Source: Fibrobacterota bacterium
GTDB taxonomy: Bacteria; Fibrobacterota; Fibrobacteria; UBA5070
Direction of reading: 5' to 3'
NCBI GenBank assembly: GCA_029557215.1
Contig: JAKPQQ010000215.1
Location: forward strand, 3,875 to 67,874
Length of the DNA: 64,000 bases
The notes under the pieces are model-generated. The model had not been told where the DNA came from. It worked only from the letters and a program-made list of their open reading frames with translations, and did not search any database. Both the position numbers and the translations under genes were made by a program. Numbering within the stretch: the stretch's first letter is position 1; every line of letters begins with the position of its first letter. Shown here piece after piece: positions 20,765 through 30,405 of this stretch.

Positions 20765-22705
20765 TCATTCCACGATTTCGTCGTCGGGTTGTTGGGGCAC
20801 CGATTCCGGCACCAGCACCAGCACGCCCAGCGGCGGCAGGTCCAACTGCGCGCTGGCAGGCAAGCCCTGCCAGGACTCCCAGGTCGCCTCGCGGCCGCCG
20901 TAGTTGCCGATCCCCGAACCTCCGTAGAATTCGGCGTCGGAATTCATGCGTTCCTTCCAGGTACCGGCCCAGGGCAACCCCACGCGGTAGCCGTGGCGCG
21001 GCACCGGAGTGTAGTTGAAGATGAACACGACCGGTTTGTCGCGCGGATCGGACGACTTGCGCATGAAGCTCACCACCGAGTGTTCGGAATCCGAACAATC
21101 GATCCACTGCATGCCCCGATGGTCGCAATCGCCCTCGTGCATGGCGGGCTCTTCGCGGTAGAGCTTGTTCAGGTCCGACACCCATCTGCGAAGGCCGTTG
21201 TGGGTGGGGAATTCCAGCAGATGCCAGTCCAGCGAGCGCGCTTCGCTCCACTCGCGCCACTGTCCGAACTCGGCGCCCATGAACAGCAGCTTCTTGCCGG
21301 GATTTCCCCACTGGTTGGCGTACAGAAGGCGCAGATTCGCCATTTTCTGCCACCAGTCTCCGGGCATCTTCCCGATCAGGCTGCCCTTCATGTGGACGAC
21401 TTCGTCGTGGGACAGCGGCAGCATGAAGTTTTCCGACCAGGCGTACAGGAACCGGAACGTCAGGTGGTCGTGGTGCCACTTGCGGTGGATGGGTTCCTTC
21501 TGCATGTAGGCCAGGGTGTCGTGCATCCAGCCCATGTCCCACTTGAACGTGAAGCCCAATCCCCCGACGTAGGTGGGACGGCTCACGCCGGGCCAGGCGG
21601 TGCTTTCTTCGGCGAGGGTGAAGGCCCCCGGGTGCAGCGCGTGGATGCGGATGTTCATGTTGCGCAGGAATTCGATGGCGTGGATGTTCTCGCGACCGCC
21701 GTACTCGTTGGCCACCCACTCGCCGTCCTTGCGGGAGTAGTCCAGGTAGAGCATGCTCGCGACCGCGTCCACGCGCAACCCGTCGATGTGGTAGGTCTCG
21801 AGCCAGAACAGCGCCGACGCCAACAGGAAATTGGCGACTTCGTGGCGTCCGTAGTTGAAGATCAGGGTGGACCAGTCGCGGTGTTCGCCCTGGCGAGGAT
21901 CCGCATGTTCGTACAGGTGCGTGCCGTCGAAGAACGCCAGGCCCGGGAAATCCTTGGGGAAGTGGGCGGGAACCCAGTCCAGGATGATCCCGATCCCCTC
22001 GCGGTGCATGTGGTCGACGAACGCCATGAAGTCGGCCGGCGTACCGTAGCGGCTGGTGGGAGCGAAGTAGCCGGTGGCCTGGTAGCCCCACGATCCGTCG
22101 AACGGATGCTCGGTGATGGGCAGGAGCTCCACGTGCGTGAATCCCAACTCATTCACGTAGGCCGACAGCTTGGGCGCCAATTCCCGGTAGTTCAGGAATC
22201 GCCCTTCCTCTTCGGGGACTCGAGCCCAGGATCCCAGATGGACTTCGTAGATGCTGATCGGGCGTTTGAGGGGATCTGTGGCGCCGCGCACGCGCATCCA
22301 ATCGTCGTCGCCCCAGGAATAGGCCAGGTCGGCGATCCGGGAAGCGGTTCCGGGGCGCATTTCGGTGGAAAAGGCGAAGGGATCGCTCTTTTCCACCCAG
22401 TAGCCGTCGACCTCCGAAACCAGGTGGAACTTGTAGGTCTGGCCCACCGAGGCGCCTTCCACGAAGCACTGCCAGATTCCGCCTTCGCCCTTCTCCATGA
22501 GATGGGCGTCCGGGTTCCATCCGTTGAATTCGCCGATCACCGCGATGCGGCGCGCGTTGGGCGCCCAGACCGCGAATCCCACGCCGGTGGCTCCCCGGTG
22601 GGTGCAAGGGTGCGCGCCGAGCTTTTCCCAGACGCGTTCGTGGGTCCCTTCGCCGTAGAGATGGCGGTCAAGTTCGCCGAAGATGGGATATTCTGGCAGC
22701 TTCAC
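20765..22705 (-). CDS. glgB: 1,4-alpha-glucan branching enzyme
   Basis: 'FAVWAPNA', '[10 protein letters not shown]', 'GSWGYQ', 'DWVPAHFP', '[13 protein letters not shown]', 'AEESTAWP', 'LSHDEVVH', 'GKKLLFMG'. Confidence 0.96.
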   Translation of the reverse strand: MKLPEYPIFGELDRHLYGEGTHERVWEKLGAHPCTHRGATGVGFAVWAPNARRIAVIGEFNGWNPDAHLMEKGEGGIWQCFVEGASVGQTYKFHLVSEVDGYWVEKSDPFAFSTEMRPGTASRIADLAYSWGDDDWMRVRGATDPLKRPISIYEVHLGSWARVPEEEGRFLNYRELAPKLSAYVNELGFTHVELLPITEHPFDGSWGYQATGYFAPTSRYGTPADFMAFVDHMHREGIGIILDWVPAHFPKDFPGLAFFDGTHLYEHADPRQGEHRDWSTLIFNYGRHEVANFLLASALFWLETYHIDGLRVDAVASMLYLDYSRKDGEWVANEYGGRENIHAIEFLRNMNIRIHALHPGAFTLAEESTAWPGVSRPTYVGGLGFTFKWDMGWMHDTLAYMQKEPIHRKWHHDHLTFRFLYAWSENFMLPLSHDEVVHMKGSLIGKMPGDWWQKMANLRLLYANQWGNPGKKLLFMGAEFGQWREWSEARSLDWHLLEFPTHNGLRRWVSDLNKLYREEPAMHEGDCDHRGMQWIDCSDSEHSVVSFMRKSSDPRDKPVVFIFNYTPVPRHGYRVGLPWAGTWKERMNSDAEFYGGSGIGNYGGREATWESWQGLPASAQLDLPPLGVLVLVPESVPQQPDDEIVE

Positions 22706-22821
22706 GTTGCGTCCGATCATTCCCCGCTGGAGGGAGGCTTGTTGACAAAAATCGCTACGTCCCGCCGTGATGGCAGCGGACGTGGTCCATGTTAGCATTC
22801 CTGGCCGGAACTTGGCACGTG

Positions 22822-23673
22822 TCAAATGGTGTCGGCCTCGGAATCCCGCGCCTTGCGTGCCCGGACCGCGGGTCGAAGCGCCTCCACGATCTGGTTCCCG
22901 CACACCCCGTTGTGGAACACGATGCTCGGACTTCGGCAGGTGGCGGCGCTTCCGTCCTGCCCCACCAGGGCTCCGCCCGCTTCCCGCACGATCGCCCATC
23001 CCGCCAGCACGTCCCATTCGTGGAACCTGTCGATCAGGTAGGCGTCGATCCGGCCTTCGGCCAGAAGGCACAGGTCGTGGACCGCCGCTCCGGAAATCCG
23101 CCAGCGCATGGCCTTTTCCAGAAGCGGCAGATGGGCCTTGAGGATCTTGCGCTGGAACGCCCCCGGATGGTCGGTGCGGCACACATCGGTTTCGTGGATC
23201 AGGAACCGGTCCAGCCGGTCGGTGGAACTGACCTGCAACTGCCGGCCGTCGCAGAAGGCGCCGCCCCCGCGCACCGCCCAGTATGTCTTGTTCAGGGCCG
23301 GGAACCGGATCACTCCCAGTTCGGCGTCGCCGTCGGGGCCGCGCAACCCGATGCTCACGCCGTATTCCGACATGCCCCGGGAGAAATTGACCGTGCCGTC
23401 GATCGGATCGACCACCCACACGTACCCGGATGTCCCCTCCGATTCGGCTCCCTCTTCGCCCAGGAATCCGTCTTCGGGAAAACGCTCCCGCAGTTGTTCA
23501 TAGATCAGTTTTTCCGCAGCCTCGTCGGCCTCGGTCACAAGGTCCAGGATTCCCTTGTCCCGCACGAAGAACCCTTCCTTCTGGAACTTGAGGACAAGCT
23601 CCCCCGCCGCTTGGGCCACTTCGAGTGCAGCCGACAGATGGGCATCCAGGATCGTAGGAAGGCGTGGCGTCAT
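22822..23673 (-). CDS. Inositol monophosphatase family protein (SuhB-like)
   Basis: 'DLVTEAD', 'LGEE', '[12 protein letters not shown]', 'WDVLAG..IVREAGG'. Confidence 0.9.
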   Translation of the reverse strand: MTPRLPTILDAHLSAALEVAQAAGELVLKFQKEGFFVRDKGILDLVTEADEAAEKLIYEQLRERFPEDGFLGEEGAESEGTSGYVWVVDPIDGTVNFSRGMSEYGVSIGLRGPDGDAELGVIRFPALNKTYWAVRGGGAFCDGRQLQVSSTDRLDRFLIHETDVCRTDHPGAFQRKILKAHLPLLEKAMRWRISGAAVHDLCLLAEGRIDAYLIDRFHEWDVLAGWAIVREAGGALVGQDGSAATCRSPSIVFHNGVCGNQIVEALRPAVRARKARDSEADTI

Positions 23674-23876
23674 GACCACAATCATACCCATTCCGGATTC
23701 CGATTCGAGTCGCCAAAAGACCTGAAGACAGATTTTTCCATCTGGAAATCCTGGATCGGAGAGCGATGGCGGTGGAACGAACTGATTTGGCAGGCGCCCT
23801 TTGCCAGCGCTGCGAATCCATGTATGTTACAATCTACCGGGTTGACACAATTTCTCATACTCGCAAGGAGACAACC

Positions 23877-24467
23877 ATGTCGCACATCGTTCCCGCCCTC
23901 CCCTATGCCGTCAACGCCTTGGCACCGATCATCTCGGAAGAGACGATCTCGTACCACTACGGCAAGCACCACGCCGCCTACGCCACCAATCTCAATGGTC
24001 TGCTGGAAGGCACCGGCCTGGAAAACCTGAGCCTCGAGGAACTCCTGGCCGCCAAGGAAAAGTGGCCAGAAGCCAAGAAAACCGGCATCTACAACAACGC
24101 GGCCCAGGTCTGGAACCACACCTTCTACTGGGAATCGCTGACCCCGGGTGGATCGAAGCCTTCGGCCGAACTGGCCGCCGCGATCGACAAGGCGTTCGGA
24201 TCGTTCGACGAATTCAAGAAGAAGTTCGTGGCCGACTCGGTGGGCAACTTCGGCTCGGCCTGGACCTGGCTCGTGAAGTTGCCCGACGGCTCGTTGGCCA
24301 TCGAGAAGACCTCCAACGCCGTCATCGCCAGCACCGGCAAGCCGCTTCTTGTCATCGACGTCTGGGAACACGCCTATTACATCGATTACCGCAACCTCCG
24401 CCAGAAGTACGCGGAATCCCTGTTCGAGATCTGGGACTGGGCCCGCGCGTCCAAGCGCTTCGCCTGA
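23877..24467 (+). CDS. sodB: Fe/Mn superoxide dismutase, probably Fe type
   Basis: RBS AAGGAG; 'YHYGKHHAAY', 'NNAAQVWNHTFYW', 'FGSAWTWL', 'DVWEHAYYIDYRN'. Confidence 0.95.
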   Translation: MSHIVPALPYAVNALAPIISEETISYHYGKHHAAYATNLNGLLEGTGLENLSLEELLAAKEKWPEAKKTGIYNNAAQVWNHTFYWESLTPGGSKPSAELAAAIDKAFGSFDEFKKKFVADSVGNFGSAWTWLVKLPDGSLAIEKTSNAVIASTGKPLLVIDVWEHAYYIDYRNLRQKYAESLFEIWDWARASKRFA

Positions 24468-24482
24468 TCTGATCCTGGACCA

Positions 24483-24518
24483 TCCCCCACCCCTTTCCCC
24501 TCCCTGTCAGGGAGGGGT
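24483..24518. repeat. REP-like unit downstream of sodB
   Basis: TCCCCCACCCCTTTCCCCTCCCTGTCAGGGAGGGG, same family as 14080-14114. Confidence 0.65.
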
Positions 24519-24538
24519 CAATTGTTGTTGAACACCAC

Positions 24539-24573
24539 GGGTCGGTGCACATCGTTGCACCGGCCCTTTTTTT
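24539..24573 (+). terminator. Rho-independent terminator of sodB
   Basis: GGGTCGGTGCA-CATCGT-TGCACCGGCCC stem followed by TTTTTTT. Confidence 0.8.
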
Positions 24574-24649
24574 GTGCCCCCAGATCCCGACGCTGCCAAA
24601 GCCCATTCACTTGTCAAGTGCGACGAAGATTCCATTCTTTCCTGGCCTG

Positions 24650-25225
24650 ATGCCGACGCCTTTGGAAGAACGCCTTCGAGAGATCGTCCGAAACTCTCGA
24701 TTCATCATGGCAACGATGAGTGCAGCTCGATCATTGCATCTGCCGCAATGGTGCATCGGTGCGGGTGCGATCCGGAATCTGGTGTGGGACCATCTGCACG
24801 GATACACCACGTCGAAAAAGCCTGGCGACATCGATTTCGCCTATTTCGATCCTTCCGACATTTCTTGCGAGCGAGATCGACTGGTGGGGAGCATGCTGGA
24901 GGGATCCTGCCCCGGCATCCCTTGGGAAGCGGTCAACCAAGCTGGCGTGCATCTTTGGTATGAAGAGTGTTTTGGCAAGCCTATCGAACCTTTCCATTCC
25001 CTCTCGGAAGCGTTGGCTTCCTGGCCGGAATTCGCCACTTGCGTCGGTGTGCGCTTGGAGGATGACAATTCCTTGACCGTCATCGCTCCGCATGGACTCG
25101 CAGATCTTTTCGAGATGAAGATCCGACGGAATCCAACTCGAATCGATCTCGAAACATTCCGCAGACGGATCTCGGATAAACGTTTCGCCGACAAGTGGCC
25201 CTTGGTCCGGATCATCGACGGTTAA
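24650..25225 (+). CDS. Nucleotidyltransferase family protein (DUF925/NTP_transf_6-like)
   Basis: 'GAGAIRNLVWD.LHG', 'DIDFAYFD', 'WEAVNQA', 'WPEFATCVGVRL', 'IAPHGL.DLF', 'KWP'. Confidence 0.85.
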   Translation: MPTPLEERLREIVRNSRFIMATMSAARSLHLPQWCIGAGAIRNLVWDHLHGYTTSKKPGDIDFAYFDPSDISCERDRLVGSMLEGSCPGIPWEAVNQAGVHLWYEECFGKPIEPFHSLSEALASWPEFATCVGVRLEDDNSLTVIAPHGLADLFEMKIRRNPTRIDLETFRRRISDKRFADKWPLVRIIDG

Positions 25226-25238
25226 ATTCATACGATCA

Positions 25239-25667
25239 ATGCCCATCCACGCTCGACCGTCGCACAGACGTCATCCTGGACTCCAAATCGCGCTGATTCT
25301 GGCAACCATCGCGGTCGGATTGGCCTCGCGGAAATTTCCCGGCTTGTTGCCGACGTTTCTTGGTCAGTATCCGGGCGATGCGTTGTGGGCGACCATGGTC
25401 TTCTTCCTGTGGGGCCTGGTCCTTCCGAAGGCAAGCATCGCGCGCGTAGCCGCATTGGCGCTGGCCACCAGCTGGATCGTGGAATTCGCGCAATTTATCC
25501 AGGCTCCATGGCTTGTCGCCCTCCGCTCCACCACGATCGGGCACCTGATACTTGGCTCCACTTTCCACGCGCCGGATCTTGTCGCCTACACCGTCGGTGT
25601 GGGGTTGGGTGCGGGCTTGGAGCGAGCCCTCCGCGGCAAAATCCAGAAGGAGACGAAACAGCCATGA
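25239..25667 (+). CDS. DUF2809 family membrane protein
   Basis: 'GLASR', 'YPGDALWA', 'VEFAQ..QAPWL..LRSTTIGHLILGSTF...DLVAYTVG'. Confidence 0.85.
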   Translation: MPIHARPSHRRHPGLQIALILATIAVGLASRKFPGLLPTFLGQYPGDALWATMVFFLWGLVLPKASIARVAALALATSWIVEFAQFIQAPWLVALRSTTIGHLILGSTFHAPDLVAYTVGVGLGAGLERALRGKIQKETKQP

Positions 25668-26566
25668 CCATTCCATGCATCGCCGTCCTGATCGCGACCT
25701 GTATGTCGTCCAGCTCCTCGGAGAAACCGCCCCGGACCGAGCGATTGCGGCAATTGGTGACGGAGCTGGCCATCCCGACTCGAAACTGGCTGGACACGGC
25801 GTCCTTGAACCGGACCGCTTCCTTTGTCCGACAACAGATCGAATCGTCGGGATTCGCCTGCTCGGAACAGGTCTTCGTCGTCGACAAACGAAACTACAGG
25901 AACCTCGAGTGCACGATCCCGGGGAAATCGAAGGATCTCGTCGTGGTGGGAGCCCATTATGACGTCGCAGGAGAACAACCCGGAGCCGACGACAACGCCA
26001 GCGGTGTCGCCGGGTTGATCGAACTGGCTCGCGCGTATTCGGAAACCGGACACAAACCGCGCAGCAGCATCCGTCTGGTGGCATTCACCTTGGAAGAACC
26101 GCCGTTCTACGCCACCGAGGACATGGGCAGTTTTCACCACGCGAAAAAGCTCAAGGACTCCGGATTCACCGTCAAGGCGATGATCGCGCTGGAGATGATC
26201 GGCTATATCGGCGATTCGCTCGAACAACGGTACCCGCCGGGAGTTCCATCCGATCGGTACCCCAAGTTCGGCAACTTCTACGCCGCCGTGTCCAACATGG
26301 AATCGGCGGGATTGACGAAAGGATTCAAGGCCGTCGCCGACAAATCCAAGACGATTCCCGTCGTCACCCTGAACGCGCCAGAAGGTGTGGAATGGTCCGA
26401 CCACATGAACTACTGGAAATTCGGCTTTCCCGCCTTCATGCTCACCGACACGGCCTTCCTGCGAAACTTCGCCTACCACACCGCCGCGGACACCCACGAC
26501 CGTTTGAACTACCCCGCGATGTCCCAACTCGTGGATCTGCTGTTCAAATACACCAGCAAGCTCTGA
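25664..26566 (+). CDS. M28 family metallopeptidase (YfbL-like)
   Basis: 'VVVGAHYD', 'PGADDNASG', 'FTLEEPP', 'LEMIGY', 'SDH', 'YHTAADT'; ATGA overlap with the DUF2809 stop. Confidence 0.9.
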   Translation: MTIPCIAVLIATCMSSSSSEKPPRTERLRQLVTELAIPTRNWLDTASLNRTASFVRQQIESSGFACSEQVFVVDKRNYRNLECTIPGKSKDLVVVGAHYDVAGEQPGADDNASGVAGLIELARAYSETGHKPRSSIRLVAFTLEEPPFYATEDMGSFHHAKKLKDSGFTVKAMIALEMIGYIGDSLEQRYPPGVPSDRYPKFGNFYAAVSNMESAGLTKGFKAVADKSKTIPVVTLNAPEGVEWSDHMNYWKFGFPAFMLTDTAFLRNFAYHTAADTHDRLNYPAMSQLVDLLFKYTSKL

Positions 26567-26596
26567 AGCCCTCCCGAAGCGGGTACTTTTGAGGGA

Positions 26597-27268
26597 ATGA
26601 TCAAACGCGAATTGCTCCAGACCGTGACGGTCCCGGGCAGTACGGCCCAGATGACTCTGCAGAGGCAGGGCAAGGAATACTCCATCTGGGTCGATGGGGT
26701 GCCGCTGATGACCACCCGCCAGAGCGGATCCGAGGTGGCGCTGGCCGAGCTGGGTTGCGCGCATCTCAAGGGAAAAGCTGACGGCGAAGTCCTGGTGGGC
26801 GGCCTGGGGATGGGCTTCACGCTCGCCGCCACGCTTGGGATGGTGGGCCCCGACGCCAAGGTGAAGGTCGCGGAACTCGTCCCGGCCGTGCACGAATGGA
26901 ATCGCGACCTGCTCGGGGAGTTCGCCGGTTTTCCCTTGAAAGACCTGCGCGTCTCGGTGGACATCGCCGACGTGGCCGATGTGCTGCGATCCAACCCCAA
27001 CCGGTTCGACGCGATCCTGCTGGATGTCGACAACGGCCCCAGCGGCATGACCCAGGACAAGAACACCTGGCTGTACTGGCCCGAAGGCCTGGGTGTCGTG
27101 GCCAAGGCGCTGCGCCCCAAAGGCGTGGTCGCGATCTGGTCGGCGTATTCCGATCCCGCGTTCCACAAACGCCTGCTCCAGCGGGGTTTCAAGGTCCAGG
27201 AACACCAGGTCGGCGCCCGCGGCAAGGGGGGCGGCAGCCGCCATTTCATCTGGACAGCCCAGAAATAA
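26597..27268 (+). CDS. Spermidine synthase-like SAM-dependent methyltransferase
   Basis: 'LMTTRQSGSEVALA', 'VLVGGLGMGFTL', 'VAEL', 'FDAILLDVDNGP', 'AIWS'. Confidence 0.85.
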   Translation: MIKRELLQTVTVPGSTAQMTLQRQGKEYSIWVDGVPLMTTRQSGSEVALAELGCAHLKGKADGEVLVGGLGMGFTLAATLGMVGPDAKVKVAELVPAVHEWNRDLLGEFAGFPLKDLRVSVDIADVADVLRSNPNRFDAILLDVDNGPSGMTQDKNTWLYWPEGLGVVAKALRPKGVVAIWSAYSDPAFHKRLLQRGFKVQEHQVGARGKGGGSRHFIWTAQK

Positions 27269-27355
27269 CCGACCGCACCACGGATTGGGCTGGCTCTATT
27301 TGCCAGTGCAGCCTTCCACGAGACTTCCTCCGACGAGTTCAGGGTAACACAACAG

Positions 27356-28570
27356 ATGATCAGCGCCTCCAAAGCATCCTTCGTCAACCGCTCCGCGACC
27401 ATTTCCTTCGAGGCCGCGGTGGAGATCGCCGACGATCTTTCCATCGACATCCGCCTGGACCATGACCCGAAGCTGTTCGAAAAATTCGCCGCCCTGTGCA
27501 ACCAGATCGAAAAGGCCGGTGGCGCCATCTCCGACGACGGCTACTTCTACGCCGCCTTCACGGTGGACGGACAACGCGTGCAGGCCAACGACATCCTGAT
27601 CGCGACGCGGCCCGAGGCCCTCGAATCCGGTCTGCGCATCGAATCCAAGGTCGATCTGCTGACCTACGGAGACCAGCCCCCGAGCGACCACCTGGAACTC
27701 CTGCTCAACGTCGGACGCGACCAGATGGTGGCAGGACTGGGCATCCTGGGGGAATCCTTCGAGACGACGGATTTCGGGACCGTGGAAATCCTGGCCGGAC
27801 CCGATACCGGACGCTGCATCTTGCGCAGCCAGCTCAAGACCGGCATCCCTTACCCCGAAAACAAGATCCTGGAAGTCGTCCGATTCCTGTCCGGGATCGA
27901 CGTGAACTGGATCGAGGCGCAAGCCGCCGGCAAGCGCGTGGTCCGCGCGGCCAGGGACCCGTTGTTCCTGGATCACGAATTTTCCCCCATGCCCCAAGGC
28001 GACCGGGCCTCGGCCATCAAGATGTTCGACGCCATCGCGAAATTCGTGGGAGCGAACGCGCAAAAGCATTCCAGCAGCGAGATCGACACGCTGTCGAACA
28101 TCCGGCAGGCCAGCAGGAATCTGGTCAATTTCCGTCTGGTCTTGGGCGCCGCGGTGGAACACCTGCTCAAGCGGTTCCCGGGCAAGGTCGGCATCGGCCA
28201 GGACACGTTGCAGCATGTCGACGAAAGCATCTTCCTGGTGGACAACGCGGGGCTGCACCCGAGCATCAAGGAAAAGCTGAAGTCGGCCCTGGTCAACCAG
28301 CGCAACCTCCAGCCCAAGCACGTGCTCGCCGCGATGAAGGCCCTGGGTCTGGTGGAGAGCTTGCACATCAAGACCTACGAGAACATCCGCAACATGGGAT
28401 CCCAAGGCGATTCGTCGAGCCTGAAGGAGGCCAACGACACCCTGCGCAAAACCTCGGTGGTCCTGGATCTCGTCTACCGGATCCTGCTCAACGGCGTCGC
28501 GTATTCCGGCCGCTACCGTTCGCCCATCAAGCAGGTAGACACGATGCTGAAATCCGTCCCCTTGGCCTGA
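27356..28570 (+). CDS. Hypothetical protein, ApeA-like with C-terminal HEPN-like domain (RxxxxH degenerate: RNMGSQ)
   Basis: Beta-rich N-half with 'EVVRFLSG', then 'LVLGAAVEHLL', 'IKTYENIRNMGSQG', 'LVYRILLNGVAYSGRY', which match the ApeA/MAE_28990-type HEPN pattern (E..L / RN..xHG / il.liGY.G.Y) by eye. Confidence 0.55.
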   Translation: MISASKASFVNRSATISFEAAVEIADDLSIDIRLDHDPKLFEKFAALCNQIEKAGGAISDDGYFYAAFTVDGQRVQANDILIATRPEALESGLRIESKVDLLTYGDQPPSDHLELLLNVGRDQMVAGLGILGESFETTDFGTVEILAGPDTGRCILRSQLKTGIPYPENKILEVVRFLSGIDVNWIEAQAAGKRVVRAARDPLFLDHEFSPMPQGDRASAIKMFDAIAKFVGANAQKHSSSEIDTLSNIRQASRNLVNFRLVLGAAVEHLLKRFPGKVGIGQDTLQHVDESIFLVDNAGLHPSIKEKLKSALVNQRNLQPKHVLAAMKALGLVESLHIKTYENIRNMGSQGDSSSLKEANDTLRKTSVVLDLVYRILLNGVAYSGRYRSPIKQVDTMLKSVPLA

Positions 28571-28579
28571 ACCGGTCGC

Positions 28580-30361
28580 ATGGAAGACGACGCGCCCGAC
28601 GACCCGACGGATTCCGACGTCCTTTCTCCCGAAGCCGCGCTGTTGCGCAAGTTGCGGCTGGAAGTCGCGCGCGAAGCGGAAGAAGGCCGCCGGGAGGTGA
28701 CCCGCGATTGGGCCAAACCTCTGGAGCGCCGGATCGAAGACGGCCTGGCGATCGCCGGTGCCATGTGCGAGCACAAGGGCAATGGTTGGATCGAGGTCGA
28801 CTGCCCCGGACAGAAGAGCCGGTTCCGGGTCGGCGATCTGGTGCGGGTGGGATTCGGGAATCCTCTGACCGAGCGAGCCATCACCGCCTTTGTCGAAGAA
28901 GACACGTCCGACAATCTGCTCCTGTACGCGAGCCCTCGGGAACAAGGTCTGTACGCCGCCGAACTCGCTTCGCTGCCCGGCGAGCGGGTGCTGGACCTGG
29001 GTGTGATGGACCTGAGCGCCACGGTCATGGGCGCGCTCCAACTGGTGTCGGAAAGCCGACGCGGACAGGATCGCGTGCTCCCGCTGCTGTTGGGCAGAAT
29101 CCGTCCACATCTGGACAATGACCTTTATCGGCAAGCACTCTCGCTGGGAGCATCGGCCGGTCTGAACTGGAACCAATGCGAAGCCCTGGCCCAAGGCTAT
29201 TCCAGCGACCTCTGCGCCTTGGTGCAAGGCCCTCCGGGAACCGGCAAGACCCGGGTCCTGGCCGAACTGGCCGGTCTGTTGGCGAAGGCGGGCAAACGGG
29301 TGCTGGTGACCTCGCTCACGCACCGGGCGATCGACAACGCGCTGGTGGCCATCGGCAAGCGATGGGGTCGCGACGTCCCGTGCGCCAAGTTCGGCGGATC
29401 GGCACCCGAGCACCCGGCGGTATTTTCGTTCCCGGATTGGAAATCCTGCCCCTGGAAGCGGTTCACCTACGGACTGGTCGCCGGCGCCACCCCGTTCGCC
29501 GCCGCGGGCGCCCGCCTGGAAGGCGCGGATTTCGACATCGCGCTCATCGACGAGGCTTCGCAGCTCACGGTTCCCAACGCATGCATGGCCCTGATCAAGG
29601 CCGACCGGTGGGTCCTGTTCGGCGACCACCGCCAACTGCCTCCGGTGATGCACACGCTGAGCGGTCCCGAACTCCCCAAGGCGTCGATTTTTGGCATGCT
29701 GGCCGGGCGCGGCTACAGCACCATGCTCACCGAAACCTGGCGGTTGGGTCCGGTGCTGGCCGATTGGCCCAGTCGGCACTTCTACGGCGGCGCCCTGGAG
29801 CCGTCCCAAGCTTTCGCGCACGAGACGTTGATGCTCCGCCAAGCCCCCCAACGGTTCCAGGCACTGCTCGACCCCGCGCACCCGCGCGTTTTTTGTCGAG
29901 TGGCGCATCGCGATTCACGACGCAGATCGGAAGAAGAAGCCGACCTCGTGGCGGGAATCGTGCAGGAGCTGCTGCGCTGCGGCGTCGCGCCCAGGGAGAT
30001 CGCGGTCATCGCGCCGTTTCGCGCCCAGGCCAACGCCATCCGCATCGCCCTGCAGAAATCGGATCCGGACCGGGTTCCTTCGCGCGATCTCGTGGTCGAT
30101 ACCGTGGAGCGCATGCAGGGCCAGGAGCGCGACGTGGTGATCGTGTCGTTCACGGCATCGGATCCCGCATGGGTCACGCGCCTGGCCGAGTTCTACTTCC
30201 AGCCCGAACGTCTAAACGTGGCCGTGACGCGCGCCAAACGCAAACTGATCCTGGTCGGATCGCCCCGCGTGCTCGACGCGTTCCCCGCCGACCCGCGGCT
30301 TCGCGAAGGCGTAAACCTTCTGCGTTCCCTGCTGGCCGAATCGACCTTGGTGGACGCGTAG
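28580..30361 (+). CDS. SF1B helicase, Upf1/Dna2/NAM7-like (AAA_11 + AAA_12)
   Basis: 'LNWNQ', 'VQGPPGTGKT', 'THRAIDN', 'IDEASQ', 'GDHRQLPP', 'LTETWR', 'IAPFRAQ', 'DTVERMQGQERD', 'RLNVAVTRAK'. Confidence 0.92.
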   Translation: MEDDAPDDPTDSDVLSPEAALLRKLRLEVAREAEEGRREVTRDWAKPLERRIEDGLAIAGAMCEHKGNGWIEVDCPGQKSRFRVGDLVRVGFGNPLTERAITAFVEEDTSDNLLLYASPREQGLYAAELASLPGERVLDLGVMDLSATVMGALQLVSESRRGQDRVLPLLLGRIRPHLDNDLYRQALSLGASAGLNWNQCEALAQGYSSDLCALVQGPPGTGKTRVLAELAGLLAKAGKRVLVTSLTHRAIDNALVAIGKRWGRDVPCAKFGGSAPEHPAVFSFPDWKSCPWKRFTYGLVAGATPFAAAGARLEGADFDIALIDEASQLTVPNACMALIKADRWVLFGDHRQLPPVMHTLSGPELPKASIFGMLAGRGYSTMLTETWRLGPVLADWPSRHFYGGALEPSQAFAHETLMLRQAPQRFQALLDPAHPRVFCRVAHRDSRRRSEEEADLVAGIVQELLRCGVAPREIAVIAPFRAQANAIRIALQKSDPDRVPSRDLVVDTVERMQGQERDVVIVSFTASDPAWVTRLAEFYFQPERLNVAVTRAKRKLILVGSPRVLDAFPADPRLREGVNLLRSLLAESTLVDA

Positions 30362-30405
30362 GAGCACCTGCGCCCACCCGCGATTCCTAGGTTGATTCGG
30401 CTACG

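Noticed and set aside
24574-27350. Integron cassette array
   Set aside because: Genes overlap or are too close to hold attC sites; no attC-like palindromes or intI seen
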